Shown here: in pieces, positions 28,711-38,206 of the stretch
How the letters are laid out: every line of letters starts with the position of its first letter
Numbering within the stretch: the stretch's first letter is position 1
From: Myxococcota bacterium
GTDB lineage: Bacteria > Myxococcota_A > UBA9160 > UBA6930
Assembly: GCA_965223415.1 (NCBI GenBank)
Contig: OZ245002.1
Location: forward strand, 3,168,001-3,232,000
Direction: 5' to 3'
Length of the DNA: 64,000 bases
Position numbers and translations under genes: made by a program
The notes under the pieces: model-generated
The model's input: the letters and a program-made list of their open reading frames with translations, nothing else
What the model was told of the DNA's origin: nothing
Databases searched by the model: none

Positions 28711-28719
28711 GGAGCGCCG

Positions 28720-29703
28720 TTGCTCCGGCATCCGGCCCTGCACTTCGCTGTTCTCGGTGCGCTCCTGCACGTCCTGGTGCGTCTGGCGGCGCCAAGCCCC
28801 GAGCCGGCGCGGGAGCCGATCCGCGTCACGGCCGAGCAAGTCGACGGGTTGGCGGAGCGCTTCGTTCTCGCGGCCGGTCGCAGCCCGGACCCGGCCGCGC
28901 TTCGTGCGCTGGTCGACGACGAGGTCGAGCGCCAGATCCTCGTGCGCGAGGCCCGGCGGCTCGGGCTCGATCGCGGCGACCGCTCGATCGAGGTGCGTCT
29001 GGTCCAGAAGATGCGGTTCCTGGTCGGCGACGGGGAAGCGAGCGACGAGGCGCTGCTCGCGCGCGCCAGGGCGCTCGACCTGGGCCGGGAAGACCTGGTG
29101 GTCGAGCGGATGCTCGAGCAGAAGATGCGTCTGCTGCTCATGCACCCCGGCGCTCCCGAGCGGCTCACGGCGGAGGAGCTGCGCGCGTACTACGCGGCCC
29201 GCATCGAGCGCTACCAGCGAGCCCCTCGCATCGACCTCCGTCACGTCGGTTTCTCCCGCGATCGCCGTGGCGAAGCCGGCGCCCGGCGCGATGCCGAGGC
29301 ATTGGCCCGACGGCTTGCCGCGGGAGGGAGCGTCGACCGCTCGACGGGAGACCCGTCGGCCCTCGGCCGCGACCTGCGCGGCGCGGAGCCCGCCAAGCTC
29401 GAGGCGGTGTACGGCACCGGGTTCGTGCGCGGGCTGGAGGCCTGCGGGGTGGGGGCGTGGTGCGGTCCGTTCGCTTCCGGCTTCGGCTGGCATGTCGCGC
29501 GCATCGAGCGTCGCCGCGGGGGTGGACCACTGCCCTTCGAGGAGGTGCGAGAGCAGGTCGCCCGCTCCGTCGCCGCCGATCGCCGGGAGCAGAGGCTGCG
29601 CGCGGCGCTGGAACGCCTGCGCGCGGCCTATTCCGTCGAGCTGCCCGCCGCCCTTCGGCGCGCCGACCGCGCGATGCCGCGCGAGAGCGGGGACGCGGGA
29701 TGA
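28720..29703 (+). CDS. PpiC-type peptidyl-prolyl isomerase / foldase
   Basis: HPALHF TM anchor, REARRLGLDRGD, GPFASGFGWHV, PFEEVREQV. Confidence 0.82.
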   Translation: MLRHPALHFAVLGALLHVLVRLAAPSPEPAREPIRVTAEQVDGLAERFVLAAGRSPDPAALRALVDDEVERQILVREARRLGLDRGDRSIEVRLVQKMRFLVGDGEASDEALLARARALDLGREDLVVERMLEQKMRLLLMHPGAPERLTAEELRAYYAARIERYQRAPRIDLRHVGFSRDRRGEAGARRDAEALARRLAAGGSVDRSTGDPSALGRDLRGAEPAKLEAVYGTGFVRGLEACGVGAWCGPFASGFGWHVARIERRRGGGPLPFEEVREQVARSVAADRREQRLRAALERLRAAYSVELPAALRRADRAMPRESGDAG

Positions 29704-30698
29704 GGCGGGCGGCGCTCGCCGGCTTTGCCGTCGCATGCGGGCTCCTCGCCGGCCCGTCTCCGGCGTCGGCTCATCCCCTTGCGCCTTCCGCGCTGCGTCT
29801 GGAGGAGCGAGCGGACGGCACCACCCTCGTGCGCTTCACCCAGCCCGCGGCTCGGGTGCGCGGCAGTGAGCTCCGTCCGGTCCTCCCCGCCGGATGTCCG
29901 GCTCGGGGCACGCCGCAGGTGGAGACCACGGATACCCAAGTGGTTCGCTCCTGGTCGGTCCACTGCGAGCCCGCGGGATGGCGGGGCCGGCGGATTGCGG
30001 TGGAGGGGCTCCCGGGCTCGCGTACCGACGTCGTCGTCACCCTGGACCTCGCCGACGGGGGCCGGGAGACCGCGGTCCTCCGGGCGTCGGAGCCCGCCTT
30101 CGAGGTGCCGGCCCGCGCGGAGGCCGGCGCAGTGATCGGCACCTACACGCGCCTCGGCGTCGAGCACATCCTGACCGGCGTCGACCACCTGCTCTTCGTG
30201 CTCGGCCTGCTGATCCTGCTGGCCGGACTCGCGGAGCTGGCGAAGACGATCACCGCTTTCACCCTCGGCCACAGCGTGACCCTGGCGGCGGCGGCCCTCG
30301 GCGTCGTGGCGCCGCCCCAGGGCCCGATCGAGGTGCTCATCGCCCTCAGCGTGTTCGCGCTCGCGGTCGAGCTGGCCCGGCGCCAGGCGGGCGAGGGCTC
30401 GGGTCTCTGGCAGCGGCCGTGGCGGATGGCGGCCCTCTTCGGCCTGCTCCACGGCCTCGGCTTCGCCGGCGCCCTGCGCGAGATCGGTCTGCCCCAGGGC
30501 CAGGTGCCCGCGGCGCTGCTCTCCTTCAACGTCGGCGTCGAGCTCGGGCAGCTGGCCTTCGTCGCCGTGGCCTGGCCGTTGTGGCGCGCCGTGCGGCACA
30601 CGTCTCCCGTCTGGCGCTGGGCGCCGATCTACGGGATGGGCAGCCTGGCGGGGTTCTGGCTCTTCGGCCGCACGGCCAGTGCGCTGCTCGGAGGCTAG
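29700..30698 (+). CDS. HupE/UreJ family protein with periplasmic N-terminal domain
   Basis: ASA|HP, GVEHILTGVDHLLF, TAFTLGHSVTL, FGLLHGLGFA, FNVGVELGQ. Confidence 0.88.
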   Translation: MRRAALAGFAVACGLLAGPSPASAHPLAPSALRLEERADGTTLVRFTQPAARVRGSELRPVLPAGCPARGTPQVETTDTQVVRSWSVHCEPAGWRGRRIAVEGLPGSRTDVVVTLDLADGGRETAVLRASEPAFEVPARAEAGAVIGTYTRLGVEHILTGVDHLLFVLGLLILLAGLAELAKTITAFTLGHSVTLAAAALGVVAPPQGPIEVLIALSVFALAVELARRQAGEGSGLWQRPWRMAALFGLLHGLGFAGALREIGLPQGQVPAALLSFNVGVELGQLAFVAVAWPLWRAVRHTSPVWRWAPIYGMGSLAGFWLFGRTASALLGG

Positions 30699-30755
30699 CA
30701 GCGGTCGGGCAACCCCTCGTCGCCAGGCGCTCGGGGCGGCCCTGCGGGATCCGGG

Positions 30756-31577
30756 CTAGGCCCGAGGCTGCTGCTGGCGGGCGACCCGCAACATCGGCCG
30801 GTGGATGCGCACGGGCGCGAGCCGCTTCAGCCAATCGAGCAGCATCGCGTCGCGGCCGATGCGCAGCCGCAGCTTGCCCTTCAACACCGCGGTGGCGATG
30901 CGGCGGGCGGCCCGCTCCGGGTCGACGCCCATCCGCTGGGCCATCTCGTAGTTGCGCTGGGCCGCAGTGACGTCGTCGGACTCCGCGAGGGTGGCCTGGA
31001 TCATCTCCGTACGGATCGCGCCCGGGTGGACGCTGGTGACGCCGATGCCGTCGAGGGCCCACTCCGCCCACATCGATTCGGAGAGCGCCTTCACGGCCGC
31101 CTTGGTGGCGCAGTAGGAGGACTGGCCCGGCAGGCCGACGAAGGCGGACATGCTGGAGAGGTTGACCACGTGGGCGTCCTCGGCCTTCTTCAGCTCCTCG
31201 TGGAAGAAGCGGCAGCCGTGGATCACGCCCCAGAGGTTGATGCCGATCATCCGTTCCCAGTCGGCCAGCGAGTGGGTGCCGAAGGCCTTCTGGATGGTGA
31301 TCCCGGCGTTGTTGATCAGCAGGTGGACGGCGCCGTGCGCGTCGATGACCTCGCCCGGCAGGCACGCCATGCGCTCGGCGTCGGTCACGTCGGCGAGGTG
31401 CTGGGAGACCTTCACCCCGTGCGGGGAGACGGCTTCCGCCGTCGCGGCGACGGCGTCCGGGTTCACGTCCACGAGGGCCAGGTGGCATCCCCGGGACGCC
31501 AGCTCCACGGCGAGGGCGCGCCCGAGGCCGCCACCGGCGCCGGTGACGACGGCGACGCGTTCCTTCAGGGTCTTCAA
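30756..31577 (-). CDS. SDR oxidoreductase
   Basis: TTGA overlap; TGAGGGLG, NNAG, YCATK. Confidence 0.9.
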   Translation of the reverse strand: MKTLKERVAVVTGAGGGLGRALAVELASRGCHLALVDVNPDAVAATAEAVSPHGVKVSQHLADVTDAERMACLPGEVIDAHGAVHLLINNAGITIQKAFGTHSLADWERMIGINLWGVIHGCRFFHEELKKAEDAHVVNLSSMSAFVGLPGQSSYCATKAAVKALSESMWAEWALDGIGVTSVHPGAIRTEMIQATLAESDDVTAAQRNYEMAQRMGVDPERAARRIATAVLKGKLRLRIGRDAMLLDWLKRLAPVRIHRPMLRVARQQQPRA

Positions 31578-32137
31578 CTTCGTTCCTCCTCGGCGTCGGG
31601 GGCGAGGGCGGCGGCCAGGCGCACGACGAGGGTCTCCGCCTCGCGGCCGAGCCGTTCGGGATCGTCGTGCTCGGCCACCGCGAGCGCGGCCTCGGCCAGG
31701 GCTCCCATCAGCATGCGCGCGGCGAGATCGCTTCCGTGCCGGCGCAGCCGCTCGCTGACCGCGCGGGTGACCGCACTCGTCGCCCAGCGCTCCCGCCCGA
31801 GGACGGCGGGGCCGTCGACGAGGACGACGCGCCGGAACTCCGCATCGCGGCACAGCTCGAGGAAGGCACGCCAGGCCGAGAGCCCCCGGTCGGCGTCCGG
31901 CTCCTGGAGCGTGACCAGGATGCGCTCCTCCATGATCTCGTTGACCGCGGCAAAGAGCTCCTGCTTGCTGCCGAAGTAGTGGTAGATGGGGCGGATCGTC
32001 GTGCCGCTGGCGGCGGCGATCTCCTCGAGGCTCGTGTCCTGGTAGCCCTTCGACCCGAAGATCCGGCACGCGCTCTCGAGCACGGCGCTGCGGGTCTCCG
32101 CTCGGCGCTCGGCCTGGGTGCGACGCGCCGGGCTCAT
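31574..32137 (-). CDS. TetR/AcrR regulator
   Basis: RRTQAERRAETR...TSLEEIAAASGTTIRPIYHYFGSK. Confidence 0.92.
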   Translation of the reverse strand: MSPARRTQAERRAETRSAVLESACRIFGSKGYQDTSLEEIAAASGTTIRPIYHYFGSKQELFAAVNEIMEERILVTLQEPDADRGLSAWRAFLELCRDAEFRRVVLVDGPAVLGRERWATSAVTRAVSERLRRHGSDLAARMLMGALAEAALAVAEHDDPERLGREAETLVVRLAAALAPDAEEERS

Positions 32138-32700
32138 CGGGGGCTCCGCGCCGCGAGCGTCGCGAGGTCCGTCTCGTGGACGAGGCGGCCGGGTTCGGCT
32201 TCCGAGAGGAAGGCCGCGACACCGTCGAAGTAGGGGCGGGTGAGCGCGTTCCATTCGATCAGCTCGCAGACCAGGCCCGGGATCCGGCGGCTCTCGACGT
32301 AGGACATGCGAGCCACCCCGGGAACGCCCGCGTCGACGATCGCCTCGAAGCCCGTCGCGAGCGCGTGGGCGTAGGCGGCGTCGAAGTCCTCGACCCAGAA
32401 GCCGTAGTGGTGCGGACCCTGGAGTCCGCGGTCGATCGCCTCGCGATACATCGAGGGGGTCTCGCCCAGGGGCTCGATCAGCTCGAGCTGGACGTCGCCC
32501 AGGTAGGCGAAGCCCAGGTTCAGCGTGACGCCGTGGCTGGGCTCCCCTCGGAAGCGCGAGCCTTCCAGCGGGCGCACCTCGCGAAGGACGGCGAAGGGTC
32601 CGGCGCCGAGCTGCTCGCTCCACGTCTTCGTGGCCTCGTCCACCGACGGAACCACGTAGGCCACCTGCCGGATCGGCCCGAAGATCCCATCGGGGCTCAT
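32134..32700 (-). CDS. VOC family protein (glyoxalase_4 / methylmalonyl-CoA epimerase-like)
   Basis: IRQVAYVV, QLELIEP, GPHHYG. Confidence 0.85.
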   Translation of the reverse strand: MSPDGIFGPIRQVAYVVPSVDEATKTWSEQLGAGPFAVLREVRPLEGSRFRGEPSHGVTLNLGFAYLGDVQLELIEPLGETPSMYREAIDRGLQGPHHYGFWVEDFDAAYAHALATGFEAIVDAGVPGVARMSYVESRRIPGLVCELIEWNALTRPYFDGVAAFLSEAEPGRLVHETDLATLAARSPR

Positions 32701-33104
32701 CGCGCCGCTCCGCCCTGCGGCTCCAGGAAGCGCACCGGGAAGGGGAGGGTCTTCAGGCCCATGTCCGTGTGACAGAAGCTCTGCTCGGTCTTCAGGCCCC
32801 AACCGAGGGCGCGGTCGAAGGCAATGTGGGCGGCCCAGAGGAGAGCGGCCTGACCCGCCGCCGGCACGCCGCCCAGCACGGCCAGCGCGCCGAGCAGCAC
32901 CGGCCAGAGGTAGAAGTGGGCGAGGTTGTAGGCGGCGCCGCCGACCCGCGGGCCCACCCCGTAGAGCAGGATCGACAGATCCGGCAGGAAGAAGCAGGCG
33001 GCGAAGATCCCCCAGGAGAAGCCGAGGTGACCGTAGGCTGCGACGGCCGCCAGGAGCAGGGCGGCCGCTTCCAGGCGACGTTGTGCGATGGGGTCGAGGG
33101 GCAT
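32697..33104 (-). CDS. DUF4260 family membrane protein
   Basis: RLEAA, FFLPDLS, YNLAH, AHIAFDRALGWGLK...HT. Confidence 0.8.
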   Translation of the reverse strand: MPLDPIAQRRLEAAALLLAAVAAYGHLGFSWGIFAACFFLPDLSILLYGVGPRVGGAAYNLAHFYLWPVLLGALAVLGGVPAAGQAALLWAAHIAFDRALGWGLKTEQSFCHTDMGLKTLPFPVRFLEPQGGAAR

Positions 33105-33134
33105 GGGCTCTCCTTGCTCAACAAATGACATGCT

Positions 33135-33164
33135 GCTACATATCATATGCAATGGAGCTACACA
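33135..33164 (-). promoter_or_regulatory. 30-bp promoter/operator, copy 1
   Basis: GCTACATATCATATGCAATGGAGCTACACA; 27/30 identical to 36065-36094; minus-strand -10 TATGAT. Confidence 0.7.
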
Positions 33165-33228
33165 AGTTCGAGGAGGCCGCCGCAGAGGAGGCCCGGGCGG
33201 GCGCGGCCCCCGGCTCCGGGTTCCCGCC

Positions 33229-34071
33229 GTGACCTACACGTGGGACGACATCGGTCTGTGCTGCGGGTCGATCGCCCGGGCCGGCTTCCGCGAGCTCGCG
33301 GAGGCGGCCTCGGGGGCGGGCTTTCGCGGGATCACGCTGTGGCCCGTCCAGTTCGAGCGCGCTCTCGCGGACGGGCTCGAGGTGCGCGACCTGCGCCGGA
33401 TCCTCGCTGACAACGGGCTCGTGGTCACCGAGATCGACCCCCTCGTCTCGTGGCTGCCGGGCGACCCCGGCGAGCTGGCCGGCCCCTTCGCAGCCTACGA
33501 CGAGTCGACCTTCTACCGGATGGCCGACGCCCTCGGCGCCCGCAGCCTCAACGCGATTCGGGCAGGCAGGGAGCCGGTCCCGCGCGACGCCCTGGTCGAC
33601 GCCCTCGGATCCCTGTGCGAGCGGGCCGAGGCCCACGGCCTGATCGTGTCCTTCGAGTTCATGCCCTGGTCGCCGGTGGCGAGCCTGGAGGCTGCGCTCG
33701 AGCTGGTGCGCGCCACCGGCAAGGCCGACTGCGGAGTGAACGTGGACACCTGGCACCATTTCCGAAGCGGCGGCACCGTGGAGGCGTTGGCCGCGCTGGA
33801 CCCCGCCACCGTGGCGGCGCTTCAGCTCAACGACGTCGCCCCCGAGCCGTGGGACGACGTGCTGGCGGAGACCGCCACCGGCCGACGACTTCCCGGTGAG
33901 GGCGCGAGCGACACCGTGGCGGTGCTCGAGGCCCTGGCGGGCGCGGGGGTTCGCGCGCCGATCAACGTGGAGGTGTTCTCGGCGGAGCTGCAACGTCTCT
34001 CCGACGCCGAGGCCGCGCGGCGGATCGCCGCCAGCACGCGGAGCGTGCTGGCCCGGCTCGACGGGGCCTAG
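33229..34071 (+). CDS. Sugar phosphate isomerase/epimerase (AP2/xylose-isomerase TIM barrel)
   Basis: FEFMPW, VDTWHH, LQLND, RLPGEG, VEVFS. Confidence 0.85.
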   Translation: MTYTWDDIGLCCGSIARAGFRELAEAASGAGFRGITLWPVQFERALADGLEVRDLRRILADNGLVVTEIDPLVSWLPGDPGELAGPFAAYDESTFYRMADALGARSLNAIRAGREPVPRDALVDALGSLCERAEAHGLIVSFEFMPWSPVASLEAALELVRATGKADCGVNVDTWHHFRSGGTVEALAALDPATVAALQLNDVAPEPWDDVLAETATGRRLPGEGASDTVAVLEALAGAGVRAPINVEVFSAELQRLSDAEAARRIAASTRSVLARLDGA

Positions 34072-34832
34072 AACGCATCGGGTCGAACGGCCGCGTCGGT
34101 GCCACCGTCGGCCCACAGCACGCTGCCGTGCACGTAGGCTGCGGCCGCACTCAGCAGGAAGCCGATCACGCCGGCGATTTCGTCGGGCGCGGCGGGGCGA
34201 CCGAGGGGAATCGGGATCTGGTCAACGAAGCGGCCCATGGCAGGATCGTCGACCACGCCCTGGTAGAGCGGCGTCAGGGTCTGGCCCGGCACGACGGCGT
34301 TGAGGCGGACACCGGCTGCGCCCCAGCTGGGGGCGCGGTGCCGGACCGCGCGGACCACCGCGTGCTTCGAGAGCCGGTAGCCCGTCGCGCCGTCGTCGTC
34401 GGCGATCCCCGCTCGGGCGGCCGCCTCGTCATGGGCGAGCAGGGACGAGACCACGGGGTCGTCCGGATCCACGCCGAACTGGGAGGCGTTCGAGGAGACC
34501 GCGACGGCGGCCGCCCCGGGGCGGCCGACCATGGCGGCCCGCAGGCCGTCGAGCAGGTCGACCGTGCCGAAGTAGTTGACGGCGAGCACCTGCGGCCCGT
34601 CGGGAACGTGCCCGCCCAGGCCGGCGGCGAGTACCAGGGCATCGATGGCTTCGCCGGACTGCGTGAGCGCCTCCGTCACCGCCTGCTCCCGGCCCGCCCG
34701 CGTCGACAGGTCGGCGGGAATCTCGACCTCCTCCAGGTCGATGCCGAGAACCCGCTCGCCCCGCGCTTCGAGGTGCTCGCGCGCCGCCCGGCCGATGCCC
34801 GAGGCGGCTCCCGTGACGACGGCGGTACCCAT
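34068..34832 (-). CDS. SDR, 3alpha-hydroxysteroid dehydrogenase/carbonyl reductase-like
   Basis: TGAASGIG, ADLST, VNYFG, YRLSK, AAYVHGS..DGGTDA; resembles Comamonas 3alpha-HSD (from memory). Confidence 0.88.
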   Translation of the reverse strand: MGTAVVTGAASGIGRAAREHLEARGERVLGIDLEEVEIPADLSTRAGREQAVTEALTQSGEAIDALVLAAGLGGHVPDGPQVLAVNYFGTVDLLDGLRAAMVGRPGAAAVAVSSNASQFGVDPDDPVVSSLLAHDEAAARAGIADDDGATGYRLSKHAVVRAVRHRAPSWGAAGVRLNAVVPGQTLTPLYQGVVDDPAMGRFVDQIPIPLGRPAAPDEIAGVIGFLLSAAAAYVHGSVLWADGGTDAAVRPDAF

Positions 34833-34848
34833 CCCCGTCCCTTCCGTC

Positions 34849-36036
34849 CTAGTCGTTCTCCGGACAGCGCACGCCGTCCGGATGTTCGATCAGCGACACA
34901 CAGCGGTTGCAGTGGGTGCAGCCGCTGTCGTACTGCGCGTCGGCCATGGCCTTGCGGACGAAGTCCGGGGCCTTGATCAGCGGGCGTCCGAGCTGCACGA
35001 AGTCGAAGCCGGCGCCGATGGCCCGGTCGAGGCTCTCGCGGGTGGAGCAGCCGCCGATGTAGACGACGGAGCAGCCCACTGCGTCCCGGACACGCTGCGC
35101 GCGCTCGAGGAAGTACAGCTCCTCGTAGGGGTACTCGCGGAACATCTTCGGCCCGACGATCCTCAGGCCGAGCTTCGCGATGGGGTTCTGCTCCACCTCG
35201 ATCATGCCGTGCACGATGCTCTCGCCCCGGAACATCAGCATGGGGTTGAAGCTGCTGGTGCCGCCGCTGGTCACCAGCGCGTCGACGCCGGCGGCGTCGA
35301 GCGCCCGCGCCACCGCGAGGCCCTCCTCCCAGCTCATGCCGCCCTTCACCCCGTCGCACATGCTGATCTTGCCCAGGATCGGGAAGTCGTCGCCGACGGC
35401 ACTCCGCACGGCGTCGAGCACGCGTAGAGGAAGGCGCAGCCGGTTGTCGAGGCTTCCCCCGTATTCGTCGGTGCGGCGGTTCGTGCGCGGACTCAGGAAC
35501 TGGGAGAGGGCGTATCCGTGGCCGAAGTGGATCTCCGCCGCATCGAAGCCGGTGCGAAGCATGAGGCGCGCCGCCTCCGCATAGGTCTCCACCAGGTGGT
35601 CGATGTCGGCAAGCGTCATCGCCCCGCTGACGGGCAGGCCGGCCGGCGCGCCGAGCATGTTGAAGCGACGCGAGGGCCCGAGCGGCCGCTTCAGCCGCTG
35701 CAGCTTCCGGTTCTTCGAGAACCCTCCGCAGTGGGTCATCTGGCCGGACACCCGGGCGCCGGCGGCGTGGATCGCGCGGGTGAACTCCTTCAGCTGCGGC
35801 TCGATCCCCGGGTGCAGGTACATCATGTCGGAGTTGATGCGCCCGTCGGCCTCGGTGGTGCAGTAGGCCAGGGTGGTCATGGCCACCCCGCCCTCGGCGA
35901 CCCGCTGGTGGAAGCGCAGCAGCGGCTCGCCGGGCACCCCGCCCGGCGACAGACCCTCGTAGGTGGCGGCCTTGATGACCCGGTTCTTCAGCTCGAGGGT
36001 GCCCAGCCGGGCCGGGGTGAAGGCGGGATGGTCCAT
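34849..36036 (-). CDS. NADH:flavin oxidoreductase (old yellow enzyme family)
   Basis: LKNRVIKAAT, EIHFGHGYALSQFLSPRTNRRTDEYGGS, CTHCNRC. Confidence 0.92.
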   Translation of the reverse strand: MDHPAFTPARLGTLELKNRVIKAATYEGLSPGGVPGEPLLRFHQRVAEGGVAMTTLAYCTTEADGRINSDMMYLHPGIEPQLKEFTRAIHAAGARVSGQMTHCGGFSKNRKLQRLKRPLGPSRRFNMLGAPAGLPVSGAMTLADIDHLVETYAEAARLMLRTGFDAAEIHFGHGYALSQFLSPRTNRRTDEYGGSLDNRLRLPLRVLDAVRSAVGDDFPILGKISMCDGVKGGMSWEEGLAVARALDAAGVDALVTSGGTSSFNPMLMFRGESIVHGMIEVEQNPIAKLGLRIVGPKMFREYPYEELYFLERAQRVRDAVGCSVVYIGGCSTRESLDRAIGAGFDFVQLGRPLIKAPDFVRKAMADAQYDSGCTHCNRCVSLIEHPDGVRCPEND

Positions 36037-36064
36037 GGGGTCTCCGGACAAGTGGCGTAAGATG

Positions 36065-36100
36065 GCTACATATCTTATGTAGTGGAGCTACACATGTCAA
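36065..36100 (-). promoter_or_regulatory. 30-bp promoter/operator, copy 2, within TTGACA-N17-TAAGAT
   Basis: Minus-strand TTGACA (36100-36095), 17-nt spacer, TAAGAT (36077-36072); palindrome CTACATA-TCT-TATGTAG. Confidence 0.75.
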
Positions 36101-36104
36101 CTCG

Positions 36105-37421
36105 TCAGAAGGACCATCGGGCGTTGAAGATCAGCCGATCGTTGCGCCCCCAGGCGTCGAGCGGCGGCTCCTCGCCGGTCTGGTAGAGCAGGATTCCCAC
36201 CCCGATGCGGAGGGCGTCGCGCAGGTCGTAGCTCAGGTCCAGGCGAAGGATCGATCCCTCGCCCCCGTTCCAGCCGAGCAGGAAGGCGAGGCCGGTCAGG
36301 TGGAGCGTGTCGTTCCAGAAGTTACGGGTCACGCGCAGGGCGATCTGCTGGGCGTCCCCCCGCACGCCGGGGGGCGCGTCGAAGACGTGCCGGTTCACGA
36401 CTTCGAGCACGACCGTGGTGTCGATCCATCCGTAGTACTCGGCGCCGAGCAGGGCGTCGAAGCGGGCCTTCTCGTCCCGCGTGCCCGCGAAGCCCAGGCC
36501 GTCCAGCCAGGCGAGCTCGGTCTTGAAGAGCCAGCTTCCGCGGGTCAGGTTGCTGCCCGCGCCCACCATCCACAGGCGGTCGTGCACCAGGTGCGCGCCG
36601 TCGTCCGCCAGCCGCGGTGTGTCGTCCCAGAAGCGGGCCGCGTGGAAGGAGACGTCCCAGCCGCTGAAGGTGCCGACCAGGGCGGTGCCGAGCTCCAGGT
36701 CCCCGAAGCCCGAGGGCTGGCGCTCCGGTGGCGCGGCGCTCCCGGCAAAGAAGTCGCTTCCCACCACCGGGCTGGCGTCGAAGCGGATCTCCGGGATCGC
36801 CACACCGGTCCACGTCCACGCGTCCCGGAACACGTCGACGCGCAGCATGCCGGAGGGGCGGCGCAGGTCCTCCAGGTCGACCCGCCCGGGCTCGCGGTTG
36901 TCGAGGGGGTTGAGCACGTCGAGGACGCGGAGGGTCTCGGAGCCTCCCCAGACGACGACCTGACGGCCGACCTTCAGGTCCAGGTTGCGGGCGAGCCTGC
37001 CCGCGATCCACGCCTCCCCGAGCTCGGCATCGAGCTCGTAGGTGTTGCGAACCTCCCGGGTGTAGGCGTCGCGATCGCGCAGGCGGTAGGCTGCGTCCCA
37101 GAAGCCCCAGCCCTCGAGGCGGAGCTTCCAGTCGTCGCGGGGCTCCAGGTCGAGCTGGAGGTTCAACCGGTTGCGGAGGCGCTGGAGTCCCCGGTAGTCG
37201 GTGCCGGTGGCGGAGCGATGGGAGCGCAGGTTCCACGAGCCCGAGAGCTCGTAGCTGCCCGAGAGGTCCCACCAGCGCTCGCCGGGCTCGCTCGCGGCCT
37301 CGCGGATCTCGAAGCTCTGGTCCTCTTCGTCGAAGCCGCCGAGCACGTCGTCCAGATCGTCCCGAGCGCCGGCCGGCGCCGCGAGGAAGAGCAGGACGAG
37401 GGCCGCGCGTCGCGCCCTCAA
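36105..37421 (-). CDS. Outer-membrane beta-barrel (DUF1302-like)
   Basis: Signal peptide; KVGRQVVVWG, LDVLNP, amphipathic strands, C-terminal ..RWSF. Confidence 0.75.
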   Translation of the reverse strand: MRARRAALVLLFLAAPAGARDDLDDVLGGFDEEDQSFEIREAASEPGERWWDLSGSYELSGSWNLRSHRSATGTDYRGLQRLRNRLNLQLDLEPRDDWKLRLEGWGFWDAAYRLRDRDAYTREVRNTYELDAELGEAWIAGRLARNLDLKVGRQVVVWGGSETLRVLDVLNPLDNREPGRVDLEDLRRPSGMLRVDVFRDAWTWTGVAIPEIRFDASPVVGSDFFAGSAAPPERQPSGFGDLELGTALVGTFSGWDVSFHAARFWDDTPRLADDGAHLVHDRLWMVGAGSNLTRGSWLFKTELAWLDGLGFAGTRDEKARFDALLGAEYYGWIDTTVVLEVVNRHVFDAPPGVRGDAQQIALRVTRNFWNDTLHLTGLAFLLGWNGGEGSILRLDLSYDLRDALRIGVGILLYQTGEEPPLDAWGRNDRLIFNARWSF

Positions 37422-38206
37422 GGCCCCTTCTCGAGCTGGCGGAGGGTGAAGAGCTCCGGATCCAGATCCTGGCCGAAGCGCACGTCCTTGGCGCGCAGGA
37501 CGGTCTTGTGCTGGGTCTTCTTGCCCTTCTTCGTGGTCATCGTCATCTCGGTGGCGACCCAGATGCCGTCGATCCGTTCGAGGGATTCCACCTCGAAGTA
37601 CTTGAGGCGCTTGCCCTTCTTCACCCAGTAGACCGCGCGCACCACGACGTCGTTGTCCTTGCGCACGAAGGCCACGCTCTTCTCGTAGCCGGTCTCCCGC
37701 TTCTCGCGCTCGGTGATCGGCACCGACTCGACCTGCCAGACCGGGTGGCCGTCGACCTCGTCCTCTCCCAGCAGGCGGTACTCGTAGGCGTCGAGGGGCC
37801 GGTCGGTCATGTCCGCGTAGCTGAAGTCCGAGCCCATGAAGGCGCCGCTCTTGTCCGACGAGGCCAGCCGCTTGGTCCGGTTCAGCGCCGGCAGGTAGAG
37901 CCACTGGTCGTCGTCGCGCTCCGGGTCGTCGTAGTCGTAGGTGAGGAAGCCCGTGTCCTCGACGTCTGCCGGGGAGAGGAAGAAGAGGATCGATTGCTCG
38001 TCCTCGCCCACGTCCCGGCCGTAGGAGCGGAGCTGGCGAACGCGCTGGCCGCCGCGCTTGTCGATCAGAATCATCTCCATGATCTGGGTCGAGTGGTCGC
38101 CGTCGTCGCGAGCGTCCACCGCTTCCATGATCGCCCGGGCCGTGGGAGCCTCCGCGAGCGCCGGGGCGGCGAACAGGAGCAGGAGGGGGGCCAGGCAGGT
38201 GCGCAT
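37418..38206 (-). CDS. LolA-like outer-membrane lipoprotein-sorting protein
   Basis: Signal peptide; FLSPADV, DQWLYLPAL, FMGSDFSYAD. Confidence 0.88.
   Translation of the reverse strand: MRTCLAPLLLLFAAPALAEAPTARAIMEAVDARDDGDHSTQIMEMILIDKRGGQRVRQLRSYGRDVGEDEQSILFFLSPADVEDTGFLTYDYDDPERDDDQWLYLPALNRTKRLASSDKSGAFMGSDFSYADMTDRPLDAYEYRLLGEDEVDGHPVWQVESVPITEREKRETGYEKSVAFVRKDNDVVVRAVYWVKKGKRLKYFEVESLERIDGIWVATEMTMTTKKGKKTQHKTVLRAKDVRFGQDLDPELFTLRQLEKGP

Noticed and set aside
26665..29736. 1023-aa minus-strand ORF
   Set aside because: Antisense to DUF3604 and PpiC
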